DNA of 64,000 bases from Bacillota bacterium (GTDB taxonomy: Bacteria > Bacillota > Ch66 > Ch109), in NCBI GenBank assembly GCA_050952625.1, contig JBMNLH010000001.1, forward strand, positions 1,152,001-1,216,000, written 5' to 3'. A program made the position numbers and the translations under genes. The notes beneath the pieces were generated by a model that was not told where the DNA came from, searched no databases, and was given only the letters and a program-made list of their open reading frames with translations. This document shows positions 38,042 through 46,839 of the stretch, piece after piece; within the stretch, counting starts at the first letter, position 1, and every line of letters begins with the position of its first letter.

Positions 38042-38830
38042 GTGACCTTGATGGTTAAGTCGAGTCAGTGCCCTATATGCCACGATCGAGGTCTGAGGTT
38101 GTTGGAAACGGGAGCGGTTCCATGTCTGTGTATCCAAGAACGTAATAGAATGCGCCTTCGACAGAAAGCGGGCCTTACTCCTGGGATGGAAGAATTCACC
38201 TTCCGAAATTTTTCTCTTGATTATTATTCCAAACAACTCTGTCACCCGGATAAATATATTTCTTATTACCAAGGAGCTAGACAAGCAGTTCAGGCCGCTG
38301 AGGCTTTTGTGCAGGAATTCCTGAAGGATGCGCACACCAGCGGCCTTATGTTTGTTGGTCCGATTGGTAGTGGAAAAACTTTTCTAGCAGCAGCCATCTG
38401 CAATGCATTAATAGATGTCGGAGTAAAGGTCCAGTTTGTTGTTGTTCCAGATTTATTAGACGAACTTAGGGCAAGTTATCGTCGGCCCTATTGGGTTTCA
38501 AATCGAGATGAGAACCGGTCTGAAGATTGGGGAAACGAACCATTGATAGAACGAGTATTAAAAGTCCCCCTGCTGGTATTAGACGATTTAGGGGCACATA
38601 ATTATACTGACTGGACCCGTAATACGATCTATAGTTTACTTAACTATCGGATGAACTATCGTTTACCGGTAGTTATTACCACCAATTTGGGTTTAAATGA
38701 ATTAGACGGATTCCTTGGCGAAAGAACAACCTCTCGGATTATCTATTTATGCCGTTCCTTCCGTTTGATGGTAGAAAAAGACATCCGGCACATAAAGAGT
38801 CAGGAGAGGGAGGGCAGATACCGACGCTAA
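38042..38830 (+). CDS. DnaC/IstB-like AAA+ ATPase (helicase loader)
   Basis: N-terminal CPIC...CLC zinc motif, Walker A GPIGSGKT, LLVLDDLG, ITTNL. Confidence 0.88.
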   Translation: MTLMVKSSQCPICHDRGLRLLETGAVPCLCIQERNRMRLRQKAGLTPGMEEFTFRNFSLDYYSKQLCHPDKYISYYQGARQAVQAAEAFVQEFLKDAHTSGLMFVGPIGSGKTFLAAAICNALIDVGVKVQFVVVPDLLDELRASYRRPYWVSNRDENRSEDWGNEPLIERVLKVPLLVLDDLGAHNYTDWTRNTIYSLLNYRMNYRLPVVITTNLGLNELDGFLGERTTSRIIYLCRSFRLMVEKDIRHIKSQEREGRYRR

Positions 38831-38940
38831 TTATTCTATTTTTATTAAGAATATCGTCGGGAGGAGACTGCACTCTTTTTTATTGAAGCTTTACCATGAA
38901 GCGCATATCAAAACTATCAATACTGAAGGAGGAGTTATTA

Positions 38941-39789
38941 ATGGAATTATGGTTGGTTGAACAACACACCCCTGGATACAGTGTAAATTGGAAACTGCGA
39001 CGAACGATTTATACTGAAAAGACACCCTACCAGGAGTTAGCGATAGTCGAGACCGTAGATTTTGGTCGGGCCTTGATTTTAGACGGTATCGTTCAGGTTA
39101 CCTTGGATGATGAATTTATTTATCATGAGATGATAACTCATGTGCCACTATTTACTCATCCGAATCCCAGGGATGTTTTAGTAATCGGTGGCGGAGACGG
39201 GGCAACCGTACGGGAAATTTTGAAACACCCTCAAACCAACGTTGATTTAGTTGAAATTGATGAACGGGTTATTAATGCGAGTCGTCAATATTTACCTGAG
39301 ATAGGCAAAGCAATGGATGATCCCCGAGTCAGGATTCTGATTGACGATGGAATTAAATATGTCAAACAAACTGATAAAAAATATGATGTTATTCTGATTG
39401 ACTCATCCGACCCTATCGGACCAGCTACTGGTTTGTTTGGTCGAGAGTTTTATCAAGATGTCTACCGAGTGCTGAATGATGATGGTTTGATGGTGGCTCA
39501 AACTGAATCACCGCTTTTCAACAAGGAACTTTTGGCCGGCGTTTATCAAAACCTATCTGAAATATTTCCGCTTTCCCGAGTCTACTTGACCTGTATCCCT
39601 ACTTATATAGCGGGATTCTGGACTTTCTCGTTGGCCTCTAAAAAGTACGACCCTCTTCAACCAGATGTTTCCTCTAAGGGTTTGTCAGGTATGGATTTAC
39701 GATATTATACACCGGCTGTACATCAGGCTGCCTTTGTTTTGCCGCGTTTTGTTCAGGAAGTATTGGATGGGGGAAAAAGTACCCGGTAA
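38941..39789 (+). CDS. speE: Spermidine synthase
   Basis: YHEMITHVP, VLVIGGGDG, VEIDE, DSSDP; ATG 38941 after SD AAGGAGG. Confidence 0.95.
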   Translation: MELWLVEQHTPGYSVNWKLRRTIYTEKTPYQELAIVETVDFGRALILDGIVQVTLDDEFIYHEMITHVPLFTHPNPRDVLVIGGGDGATVREILKHPQTNVDLVEIDERVINASRQYLPEIGKAMDDPRVRILIDDGIKYVKQTDKKYDVILIDSSDPIGPATGLFGREFYQDVYRVLNDDGLMVAQTESPLFNKELLAGVYQNLSEIFPLSRVYLTCIPTYIAGFWTFSLASKKYDPLQPDVSSKGLSGMDLRYYTPAVHQAAFVLPRFVQEVLDGGKSTR

Positions 39790-39904
39790 ATATTACCCAA
39801 ATATCAAATTACGGTGTAATGCGACAGAAAAAGAGGAAATGAAGCAACTTTGTTGAATATAAACTATTTACTGATTTGAAATAAATGATAGAAGGGGGAC
39901 ATCC

Positions 39905-41650
39905 ATGGTTGACCTGCTTTTAGGAAATGAGGCTCTTGCTTTGGGGGCTTATGAAGCCGGAGTCAGGGTTGCGACTGCTTATCCGGGTACCCCAAGTACA
40001 GAAATCATTGAGAACTGTTCTCGATATCCTGAGATTTATACGGAATGGTCACCAAATGAAAAGGTAGCTTTCGAGGTAGCTGTTGGTTCTTCAATCGGAG
40101 GCGCGCGAACCCTGGTGGCTATGAAACATGTTGGAGTTAATGTCGCGGCCGATCCACTTTTTACCTTTTCCTACGTCGGGGTAAATGGTGGGTTAGTCCT
40201 GGTGACAGCCGATGATCCTGGGATGCACAGCTCCCAAAACGAGCAAGATAACCGGGGATACGCCCGGATGGCTAAGATACCAATGCTTGAACCATCTGAT
40301 AGCCAGGAAATCAGAGATCTGGTGCCGATAGCTTTTGAAATAAGCGAGACCTATGACACACCAGTTATTTTGCGTCTAACTACTCGATTGGCCCATTCTA
40401 TGAGTTTAGTAGACTCCTCCAAAAATCGGGTAGATTTAGCGGTACGGCCATATATCAAAGATGCGCCCAAGTACGTTATGTTACCGGGTCATGCGCGAGC
40501 CCGGCACATCAAGGTTGAAGAACGAATGTCTGCCTTGAGGGAATACTCCGAAGTTAGCCAGTTGAACCGGATCGAGTGGGGAAATCGGCAGATAGGGATT
40601 ATTGCCAGCGGAGTAGTCTACCAATATGCCCGGGAGGTTTTGCCGGAAGCCTCATTCTTGAAACTAGGGATGACAAACCCTCTTCCGCGCAGAATGATCG
40701 AGGAATTTGTTAATGGAGTGGAAAAGGCTTACGTAATCGAGGAATTAGAGCCAATTATGGAAGAACAAATCCGCTCCTGGGGACTTTCGGTTATCGGTAA
40801 GGAGATATTCCCTAGAGTAGGGGAAATTAGCCCGGAATTAATTGCAGAAAAAATTTTGGATTGTAAAGCAACCTCAGGTTATAGTATCGCCGAGATCATT
40901 CCCGGCCGGCCGCCGGTCATGTGTCCTGGTTGCCCGCATCGGGGAATGTTTTTTCAACTAAACCGCATGAAGCTTACCGTTTGCGGTGATATCGGCTGCT
41001 ACACCCTAGGGGCATTGCCGCCTTTATCAGGGATGGATTGCTGCGTGTGCATGGGAGCCAGTATCGGAATGGCTTTAGGCATGGAAAAAGCCCGGGGCCG
41101 GGAATTTGCCCGCAAAACAGTGGCTGTTATTGGCGATTCTACTTTTATTCATTCCGGGATTACCCCACTGATTGATATAGTATACAATCAAGGTACAACC
41201 ACGGTCATAATTCTAGATAATGGGACTACGGCCATGACCGGCCACCAGGACCATCCAGCTACTGGGTATAATGTCTGCGGACAGCCAGCACCAAAAATTG
41301 ACTTGGAAGCCTTGGTCCGAGCAATCGGAATTGAACGGGTTCGCGTAGTTGATCCATTAGATTTAAAACAAACCCGGCAGGTTCTGAAAGAAGAACTGGC
41401 CGTTGAAGCACCTTCGGTAATAATTTCCCGCCGGCTGTGTGTTTTAAGGGATAAACCGAGCGGAGAGTTATACCAGGTAGATAAGGATAAGTGTACTGGT
41501 TGCCGGGTATGTCTACGGACCGGCTGTCCCGGCTTAGAGTTCCGGGAAGAGAAGGTAATAGTCAATTCTCTGCAGTGTAGCGGCTGTGGTTTATGTGCCC
41601 AGGTATGTGCATTTGAGGCGATTGAAAAGGCAGGTGACTCCCATGCATGA
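39905..41650 (+). CDS. iorA: Indolepyruvate:ferredoxin oxidoreductase alpha subunit
   Basis: YPGTPSTE, MKHVGVNVAAD, SSQNEQD, CPGCPH, GDIGC, GDST (TPP), C-terminal 2x[4Fe-4S]. Confidence 0.95.
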   Translation: MVDLLLGNEALALGAYEAGVRVATAYPGTPSTEIIENCSRYPEIYTEWSPNEKVAFEVAVGSSIGGARTLVAMKHVGVNVAADPLFTFSYVGVNGGLVLVTADDPGMHSSQNEQDNRGYARMAKIPMLEPSDSQEIRDLVPIAFEISETYDTPVILRLTTRLAHSMSLVDSSKNRVDLAVRPYIKDAPKYVMLPGHARARHIKVEERMSALREYSEVSQLNRIEWGNRQIGIIASGVVYQYAREVLPEASFLKLGMTNPLPRRMIEEFVNGVEKAYVIEELEPIMEEQIRSWGLSVIGKEIFPRVGEISPELIAEKILDCKATSGYSIAEIIPGRPPVMCPGCPHRGMFFQLNRMKLTVCGDIGCYTLGALPPLSGMDCCVCMGASIGMALGMEKARGREFARKTVAVIGDSTFIHSGITPLIDIVYNQGTTTVIILDNGTTAMTGHQDHPATGYNVCGQPAPKIDLEALVRAIGIERVRVVDPLDLKQTRQVLKEELAVEAPSVIISRRLCVLRDKPSGELYQVDKDKCTGCRVCLRTGCPGLEFREEKVIVNSLQCSGCGLCAQVCAFEAIEKAGDSHA

Positions 41651-42239
41651 GGTGAAAACCCCTTTAACTAATGTATTGATCGTAGGAGTAGGCGGACAGG
41701 GAACCTTGCTAGCCAGCCGGGTCCTAGCTCAAGCAGCTGTTGCCGGCGGATTTGATGTTAAGGTTTCTGAGATTCATGGAATGGCGCAGCGGGGCGGCAG
41801 TGTTGTAACTGAGGTGCGGTTTGGCTCAAAAGTATATTCTCCGCTGATTCAGATTGGCCAGGCTGATTATATTTTGGCTTTTGAAAAGCTGGAAGCCTTG
41901 CGTTGGCTGCCCTATCTTAAGTCAGGTGGCGGGTTGATTGTTAATGACCAATCGATTGATCCTCTGCCGGTCCTAACTGGTACCGCTAAATACCCGGCAG
42001 ACATTTCCCAGAAGATTCAGGCAGTGGTTGAAAAATCGATTATTGTCGACGCAGCGAGGATTGCTTCAGAATTGGGAAATGTTAAAGCGACTAATATAGT
42101 CTTACTGGGTATTTTAGCCGGTTTTTTAGATCTACCGTTAACGGTTTGGGATAAGGCTTTGGAAAAAGCGGTTCCAACCAAGGTTTTAGCCCTTAACCGG
42201 GATGCTTTCCAACAGGGTTTAGCTTTGGTAAAAAAGTAG
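41643..42239 (+). CDS. iorB: Indolepyruvate:ferredoxin oxidoreductase beta subunit
   Basis: GVGGQG, SEIHGMAQRGGSV, E.LEALR. Confidence 0.95.
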   Translation: MHEVKTPLTNVLIVGVGGQGTLLASRVLAQAAVAGGFDVKVSEIHGMAQRGGSVVTEVRFGSKVYSPLIQIGQADYILAFEKLEALRWLPYLKSGGGLIVNDQSIDPLPVLTGTAKYPADISQKIQAVVEKSIIVDAARIASELGNVKATNIVLLGILAGFLDLPLTVWDKALEKAVPTKVLALNRDAFQQGLALVKK

Positions 42240-42333
42240 ATATCTGACGAGTTAAACACAAGTGTTAGTTATTTTTAGATTTTTTGATCTTTGAATACGG
42301 TAAGAAAAGGTTAAGTTAGGGAGGTGCGCAAAA

Positions 42334-43446
42334 ATGTCCAGGCCGATAAATGAATTGGCTCGTCCCAGCATTCTGGAGATCAAACCATACTTCCCGGGTA
42401 AACCTATTGAGGAAGTTGAGCGGGAACTGGGCTTAACTGACGTTATTAAATTAGCATCTAATGAAAACCCGTTAGGACCTTCCCCTCAGGCTGTTGCCGC
42501 GATAAAAAAAGCAGCTGAAAAAGTAAATTTCTATCCGGATAGCAACTGTTTTTACTTGAAAGAAAACTTGGCTAAATACCTGGGAATAGACCCTGGAATG
42601 TTAATCATTGGGAATGGTTCGGACGAACTGTTGAAGCTTATTGCTGAAGCCTTCTTAAACGAAGGGGAAGAAGTAATTTGTGGCAACCCTTCATTTTCGG
42701 AATATGATTTTGTTACTCAGATTATGGCGGGAAAGATGATTCAGGTTCCGCTTCAGAATTTAACCTATGACCTGCGGTCAATAGCTGACAGAATCACTCC
42801 ATCCACCAAACTCATTTTTATTTGCAATCCCAACAATCCTACTGGCACAATGGTTACTTGCCAAGAAGTTGAAGAATTTATGCAGCGAGTGCCGGATGAT
42901 GTTTTGGTAATCTTTGATGAGGCCTACTATGAATATGTTACTGATCCGAAGTTTCCAGATAGCCTGAAATACATTCGCCAAGGACGTCGGGTCATCGTCT
43001 TGCGTACCTTTTCCAAGATCTATGGTTTAGCTGGTCTGAGAGTTGGTTACGGGATAGCCACCCCGGATATTATTGATTGCTTAATGCGGGTTCGGGAACC
43101 GTTTAACGTTAACTCTATCGCCCAGGCCGGTGCCTTGGCCGGCTTAGCTGATCAGGATTGGATTAAACAAGCCAAGGAAGTTAATGCCCAAGGCCGAGAT
43201 TATCTGTATCGTGAGTTGGCCGCTATGGATTTGGATTATGCACCAACCCAAGGAAATTTCATGTTTATTAACGTCAAGACCGCCGGTGTAGAAGTTGGTC
43301 AGCGAATGATGCAGGCCGGTGTCATCGTTCGACCAGGCAACATCTTTGGCTATCCGGAGTATATTCGGGTAACTATTGGAACCAAAGAGCAAAATGAACG
43401 CTTTATCAAAGTTCTTCGCCAGGTTCTAACGGAACTAAAGGGTTAG
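42334..43446 (+). CDS. hisC: Histidinol-phosphate/aromatic aminotransferase
   Basis: KLASNENP, GNGSDEL, CNPNNPTG, DEAYYEY, RTFSKIYGLAGLRVGY. Confidence 0.92.
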   Translation: MSRPINELARPSILEIKPYFPGKPIEEVERELGLTDVIKLASNENPLGPSPQAVAAIKKAAEKVNFYPDSNCFYLKENLAKYLGIDPGMLIIGNGSDELLKLIAEAFLNEGEEVICGNPSFSEYDFVTQIMAGKMIQVPLQNLTYDLRSIADRITPSTKLIFICNPNNPTGTMVTCQEVEEFMQRVPDDVLVIFDEAYYEYVTDPKFPDSLKYIRQGRRVIVLRTFSKIYGLAGLRVGYGIATPDIIDCLMRVREPFNVNSIAQAGALAGLADQDWIKQAKEVNAQGRDYLYRELAAMDLDYAPTQGNFMFINVKTAGVEVGQRMMQAGVIVRPGNIFGYPEYIRVTIGTKEQNERFIKVLRQVLTELKG

Positions 43447-43561
43447 CTCCAGCAAAAGGTTTCCTAAAAGCATAGGGATAGAATAGGATATATAATAACA
43501 TAAGGTTAGCACAAGAAAGCCTCCTGGCTGTGAGTTCAGACAGGGGGCTTATTGGTATCAA

Positions 43562-44206
43562 ATGAGTAGGAGGGCGGTTTCGATAAACAGAGTTGTTTTC
43601 CGTGAAATCTATCCTTGGCCTAACCAAACACTAGCTTTAGCTAAAAAGGTTCAACAGACCTTGAGGGAAACGGCTGGAGTTATCCGCTTGGAAGCAGGTC
43701 CGGCTCAAGAACAGAAAAAATCTCCAGTAGTAGTGCTTTGCCTTGGATCAATGGAAGTACCAGGAGACTCCCTAGGGCCTCGAGTTGGTAGCCAGTTAGA
43801 ACAGACCCTCCCGCAATACCCAGTGTATGGCACTCAACTGGAACCGCTAGATTCGACTAACCTTCACTCGAAGTTGGAGCAGCTTAATAAAGAATATCCA
43901 GGTGCTCTGCACCTAGCGGTAGATGCCGCAGTAGGATCATGGCTGACAGTAGGTCAGGTTTCAGTGCGAAAAGGGCCGCTAATCCCGGGGATTGGTCTGG
44001 GAATTGCTTTGCCACCGGTTGGGGATGTTTCAATTACGGCCGTGGTTAAACCACGACGTTATAATCCATTATGCCAACTGGTTAATAACTGCCGCATCAA
44101 GCCCGAGCGTTGGGCTGAGATGCTTTCCAAGCTGATCGCTGATAGTATCCAGCAGGCACTGGAACCGGGGGATATGTTCTCTGTCGCTCATGATCCAGCA
44201 GACTAG
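43562..44206 (+). CDS. yyaC: Spore protease YyaC family (DUF1256)
   Basis: LCLGS...GDSLGPRVGS, VYGT..P...NL, AVDAAVG, GPL.PG.G...LPPVGD. Confidence 0.85.
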   Translation: MSRRAVSINRVVFREIYPWPNQTLALAKKVQQTLRETAGVIRLEAGPAQEQKKSPVVVLCLGSMEVPGDSLGPRVGSQLEQTLPQYPVYGTQLEPLDSTNLHSKLEQLNKEYPGALHLAVDAAVGSWLTVGQVSVRKGPLIPGIGLGIALPPVGDVSITAVVKPRRYNPLCQLVNNCRIKPERWAEMLSKLIADSIQQALEPGDMFSVAHDPAD

Positions 44207-44292
44207 GCTGGGTACACAGGGAACGAACCGTCTGTTTCGTTAAAGCATACACACTCACCGAACAGTGCTGCCTGTTTATCCAGCTGTCTCTG

Positions 44293-44316
44293 CGCTTGTG
44301 TTCTAACTCAGTCAGC
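44293..44316 (-). repeat. Dispersed intergenic motif, copy 2
   Basis: Reverse complement GCTGACTGAGTTAGAACACAAGCG matches 25145-25167. Confidence 0.55.
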
Positions 44317-44339
44317 ATTCAAATTATTTATCTGGTTAC

Positions 44340-45488
44340 CTACAAGTTTTTCTCTAAAATATCCTGCAAATCTTCTCGCTTAGCCATCCTTGGATTAGCT
44401 TCCAAGGATGAGGAGGGAAGGGCCGCTTCAACCAGTTCAGATAGGTGTTCCCTTTGTAGACCTAGCTCATTCAATTTATTCGGAAATCCTAGTTTGGCAC
44501 GCAAACGGTAAACATAATGGATTAAACGATTGGCCGCTTCTTCTTCAGATAACGAGGGCGCGGCGATACCAGCCAAGTGGGCTAGTCGGGCATACTTATC
44601 CAGAGTTCGGGGAAGGTTAAATTCCATAACGTAAGGAAGTAAAACCCCACAGACCAAGCCATGGGGCAGACCGTAGCGTACTCCCACACTGTGGCTCAAG
44701 GCATGGACCGCCCCGCAACGAACTTGAGCGATCGCTGAACCGGCTAAGAAGCTGCCGAGCATCATTTTTTCTCGAGCCTCTCGAGAACGACCTAGATTAT
44801 AAGCGGTATAAATATTGCGCATAATGAGTAGGGCCGCCTTTTCACTAATTGCCTCCGAATAAGGGTTAGTCCAGCGGGAGGTATAGGCTTCGATAGCGTG
44901 GGTCAAGGCATCTATCCCGGTCAGAGCAGTTAGTTTTTTAGGCATTGACATAGAAAAAATCGGATCGACGATAGCAACTTGAGCGGTCCAAAGCTCATGC
45001 CGAAGACTGCATTTTTTGCCGGTCTGTGGATCAACTAGGACCGCGTTAGTCGTCGCTTCTGAACCACTCCCAGCCGTAGTTGGAACCGCGATCCAAGGTA
45101 AGGGCTGGGTGGTTATACTACGGCCGTCGTAAAAATCCTTGGTCCTAGACTCTTCGTAAAAAAGACCGGCTGCTGCTTTGGCTACATCCAAAACACTGCC
45201 GCCTCCAACCCCGATGATCATTTCACAGGCCTGTTCTCTGGCTAGAGATCTAACCTGATCGACTTTTTCAATCGTAGGTTCAGGACCGACCTCATTATAA
45301 AATATGGTATCAATGTCTGCCTGTTTAAGAGGGTTAGTGATTCTATCTAGATTGCCAGAAACCAACAGGCTCCTCAGACCGGTAATCACTAGAGCGCGTG
45401 TCCCTAATCGCCGCGCCTCTTCTCCCAGCCGATAACAGCTGCCGGGCCCAAACAAAACGCGAGGTGGTGCAAGAAAATCAATAAGCAA
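44340..45488 (-). CDS. Iron-containing alcohol dehydrogenase
   Basis: GGGSVLDVAK, PTTAGSGSE, DALTHAIE, HALSH, HG; SD AGGAGG. Confidence 0.93.
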   Translation of the reverse strand: MLIDFLAPPRVLFGPGSCYRLGEEARRLGTRALVITGLRSLLVSGNLDRITNPLKQADIDTIFYNEVGPEPTIEKVDQVRSLAREQACEMIIGVGGGSVLDVAKAAAGLFYEESRTKDFYDGRSITTQPLPWIAVPTTAGSGSEATTNAVLVDPQTGKKCSLRHELWTAQVAIVDPIFSMSMPKKLTALTGIDALTHAIEAYTSRWTNPYSEAISEKAALLIMRNIYTAYNLGRSREAREKMMLGSFLAGSAIAQVRCGAVHALSHSVGVRYGLPHGLVCGVLLPYVMEFNLPRTLDKYARLAHLAGIAAPSLSEEEAANRLIHYVYRLRAKLGFPNKLNELGLQREHLSELVEAALPSSSLEANPRMAKREDLQDILEKNL

Positions 45489-45595
45489 TAGCTGCAGCCT
45501 CCTAACTTAGATAATAGTTTTTGGATAAGAAATTATTAAGAAAATTATTGCTGATTAAAATTATTTTTAAGCAAACCATTTGAGTTAATCTTATT

Positions 45596-46567
45596 TTAAA
45601 TCCATAGCTTTTTAGTAAAAAACCAAAGCATACCGGCAGAAATAATTCCACTGCCTAAAACTATTACCCAAAATGAGCTTACATGCTCAGGCAACGGCAA
45701 GGGTACGTTCATCCCAAACAGCCCGGTGATAAAAGTTAACGGCATCATAATCGTCGAAATAATTGTTAAAACCCGAATTACTTCATTAGTTCGACCTGAA
45801 AGCACCGAAAAGAAGGAGTCCAGGGCGTTATTGACTAGATCTCTATAGGTATCTGTAGCATCAATTATTCGTTCCAAGTGATCAGCCAGATCCATATAAA
45901 AAGGTTGATTCTCTGGTCGAACTGTAAAGGAATAGCGCCCTCCCACACTGGCGAATATCCGTCTTTGCGGCAAAACGACCTTGCGCAACAGCAAGGTTGT
46001 CCGTTTTAAGGACAAAATTTCATCAGTAATTTCCTGCGCCGGATTTATATATAATTCATCCTCCAATTCATCAATCCGTTCCCCAATTCGATCAATAATG
46101 GGAAAGTAGTCATCAACGATCGCGTCGACAATTGAGTAAATCAGATAGTCCGGTCCCCGATCCATTAAAGCATGGTGCTTTAAGCACTGCTTGACCACTT
46201 TTCCAACGGCAGCTAATGGACGTTTATGAATAGTGACAATATAATTCTGTCCTAGAAAAACATCTAATTCGGAAGTAGTGATCTCGTCTTCGCCTTCTTC
46301 ATCATAATGAAGGGCGTGAAAGACGAAAAAAAAGTATCCGTCATATTTATCCACCTTGGCCCGAGGACTCAACTGAAGACAGTCTTCAATGGCCAGGGGG
46401 TGAAAATCGAAGACCTTTCCGATATAATTTAGCTCTAAATCATCACAATTAAAGACATCTACCCAGAGTAAGTTTTCTGGAGAGGCGAGGTATTCGTCTT
46501 TGCGGCCTAAATCTACATCGGGGTAGATTTTTCTTTCTGAATCCTCGTAGAAATATGTCTTGATCAT
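45596..46567 (-). CDS. corA: Magnesium/cobalt transporter CorA
   Basis: FHPLAIEDC, two C-terminal TMs with the MPLTFITGLFGMNV (GMN) motif. Confidence 0.95.
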   Translation of the reverse strand: MIKTYFYEDSERKIYPDVDLGRKDEYLASPENLLWVDVFNCDDLELNYIGKVFDFHPLAIEDCLQLSPRAKVDKYDGYFFFVFHALHYDEEGEDEITTSELDVFLGQNYIVTIHKRPLAAVGKVVKQCLKHHALMDRGPDYLIYSIVDAIVDDYFPIIDRIGERIDELEDELYINPAQEITDEILSLKRTTLLLRKVVLPQRRIFASVGGRYSFTVRPENQPFYMDLADHLERIIDATDTYRDLVNNALDSFFSVLSGRTNEVIRVLTIISTIMMPLTFITGLFGMNVPLPLPEHVSSFWVIVLGSGIISAGMLWFFTKKLWI

Positions 46568-46584
46568 AAAAATTTGCGCCCCCC

Positions 46585-46686
46585 TTAGCGAGGGTTGGCA
46601 ACTCGGTGGTTAAAATCAACCCTCCACAGGCTTTCTGTTAAAGTTTCAAAGCTATGTTGTCCTTGATAATCGGGTATCGGATCGAT
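46585..46686 (-). CDS. Candidate corA leader peptide, 33 aa, (M)DPIPDYQGQHSFETLTESLWRVDFNHRVANPR
   Basis: SD AAAGGGGGTG at normal spacing from a non-canonical ATC (in-frame GTG at 46695 is an alternative); its TAA overlaps the corA SD. Confidence 0.4.
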   Translation of the reverse strand: MDPIPDYQGQHSFETLTESLWRVDFNHRVANPR

Positions 46687-46839
46687 TTCAACCACCCCCT
46701 TTACTAATGGTACGTTAGTATTATAACACTATAATCTTCAACAACCAAAGGACCTTTGGATTTATGTAAAAAAGGCAAGAATAGTTAGTAGGTTAGTTAA
46801 AAACTGCAATATATAACCTCAGAATAATAAGGAGTAATC

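Noticed and set aside
37203-38830. Prophage replication module or IS21 IstB helper
   Set aside because: No phage genes or IstA transposase nearby; the pair is flanked by housekeeping genes, consistent with the chromosomal primosome.
44208-44290. Hammerhead ribozyme on the minus strand (CGAAAC present)
   Set aside because: The CUGANGA core is absent and the helices do not fit the hammerhead topology.
46568-46720. M-box (ykoK) riboswitch before corA
   Set aside because: Conserved M-box sequences and a terminator are not present.
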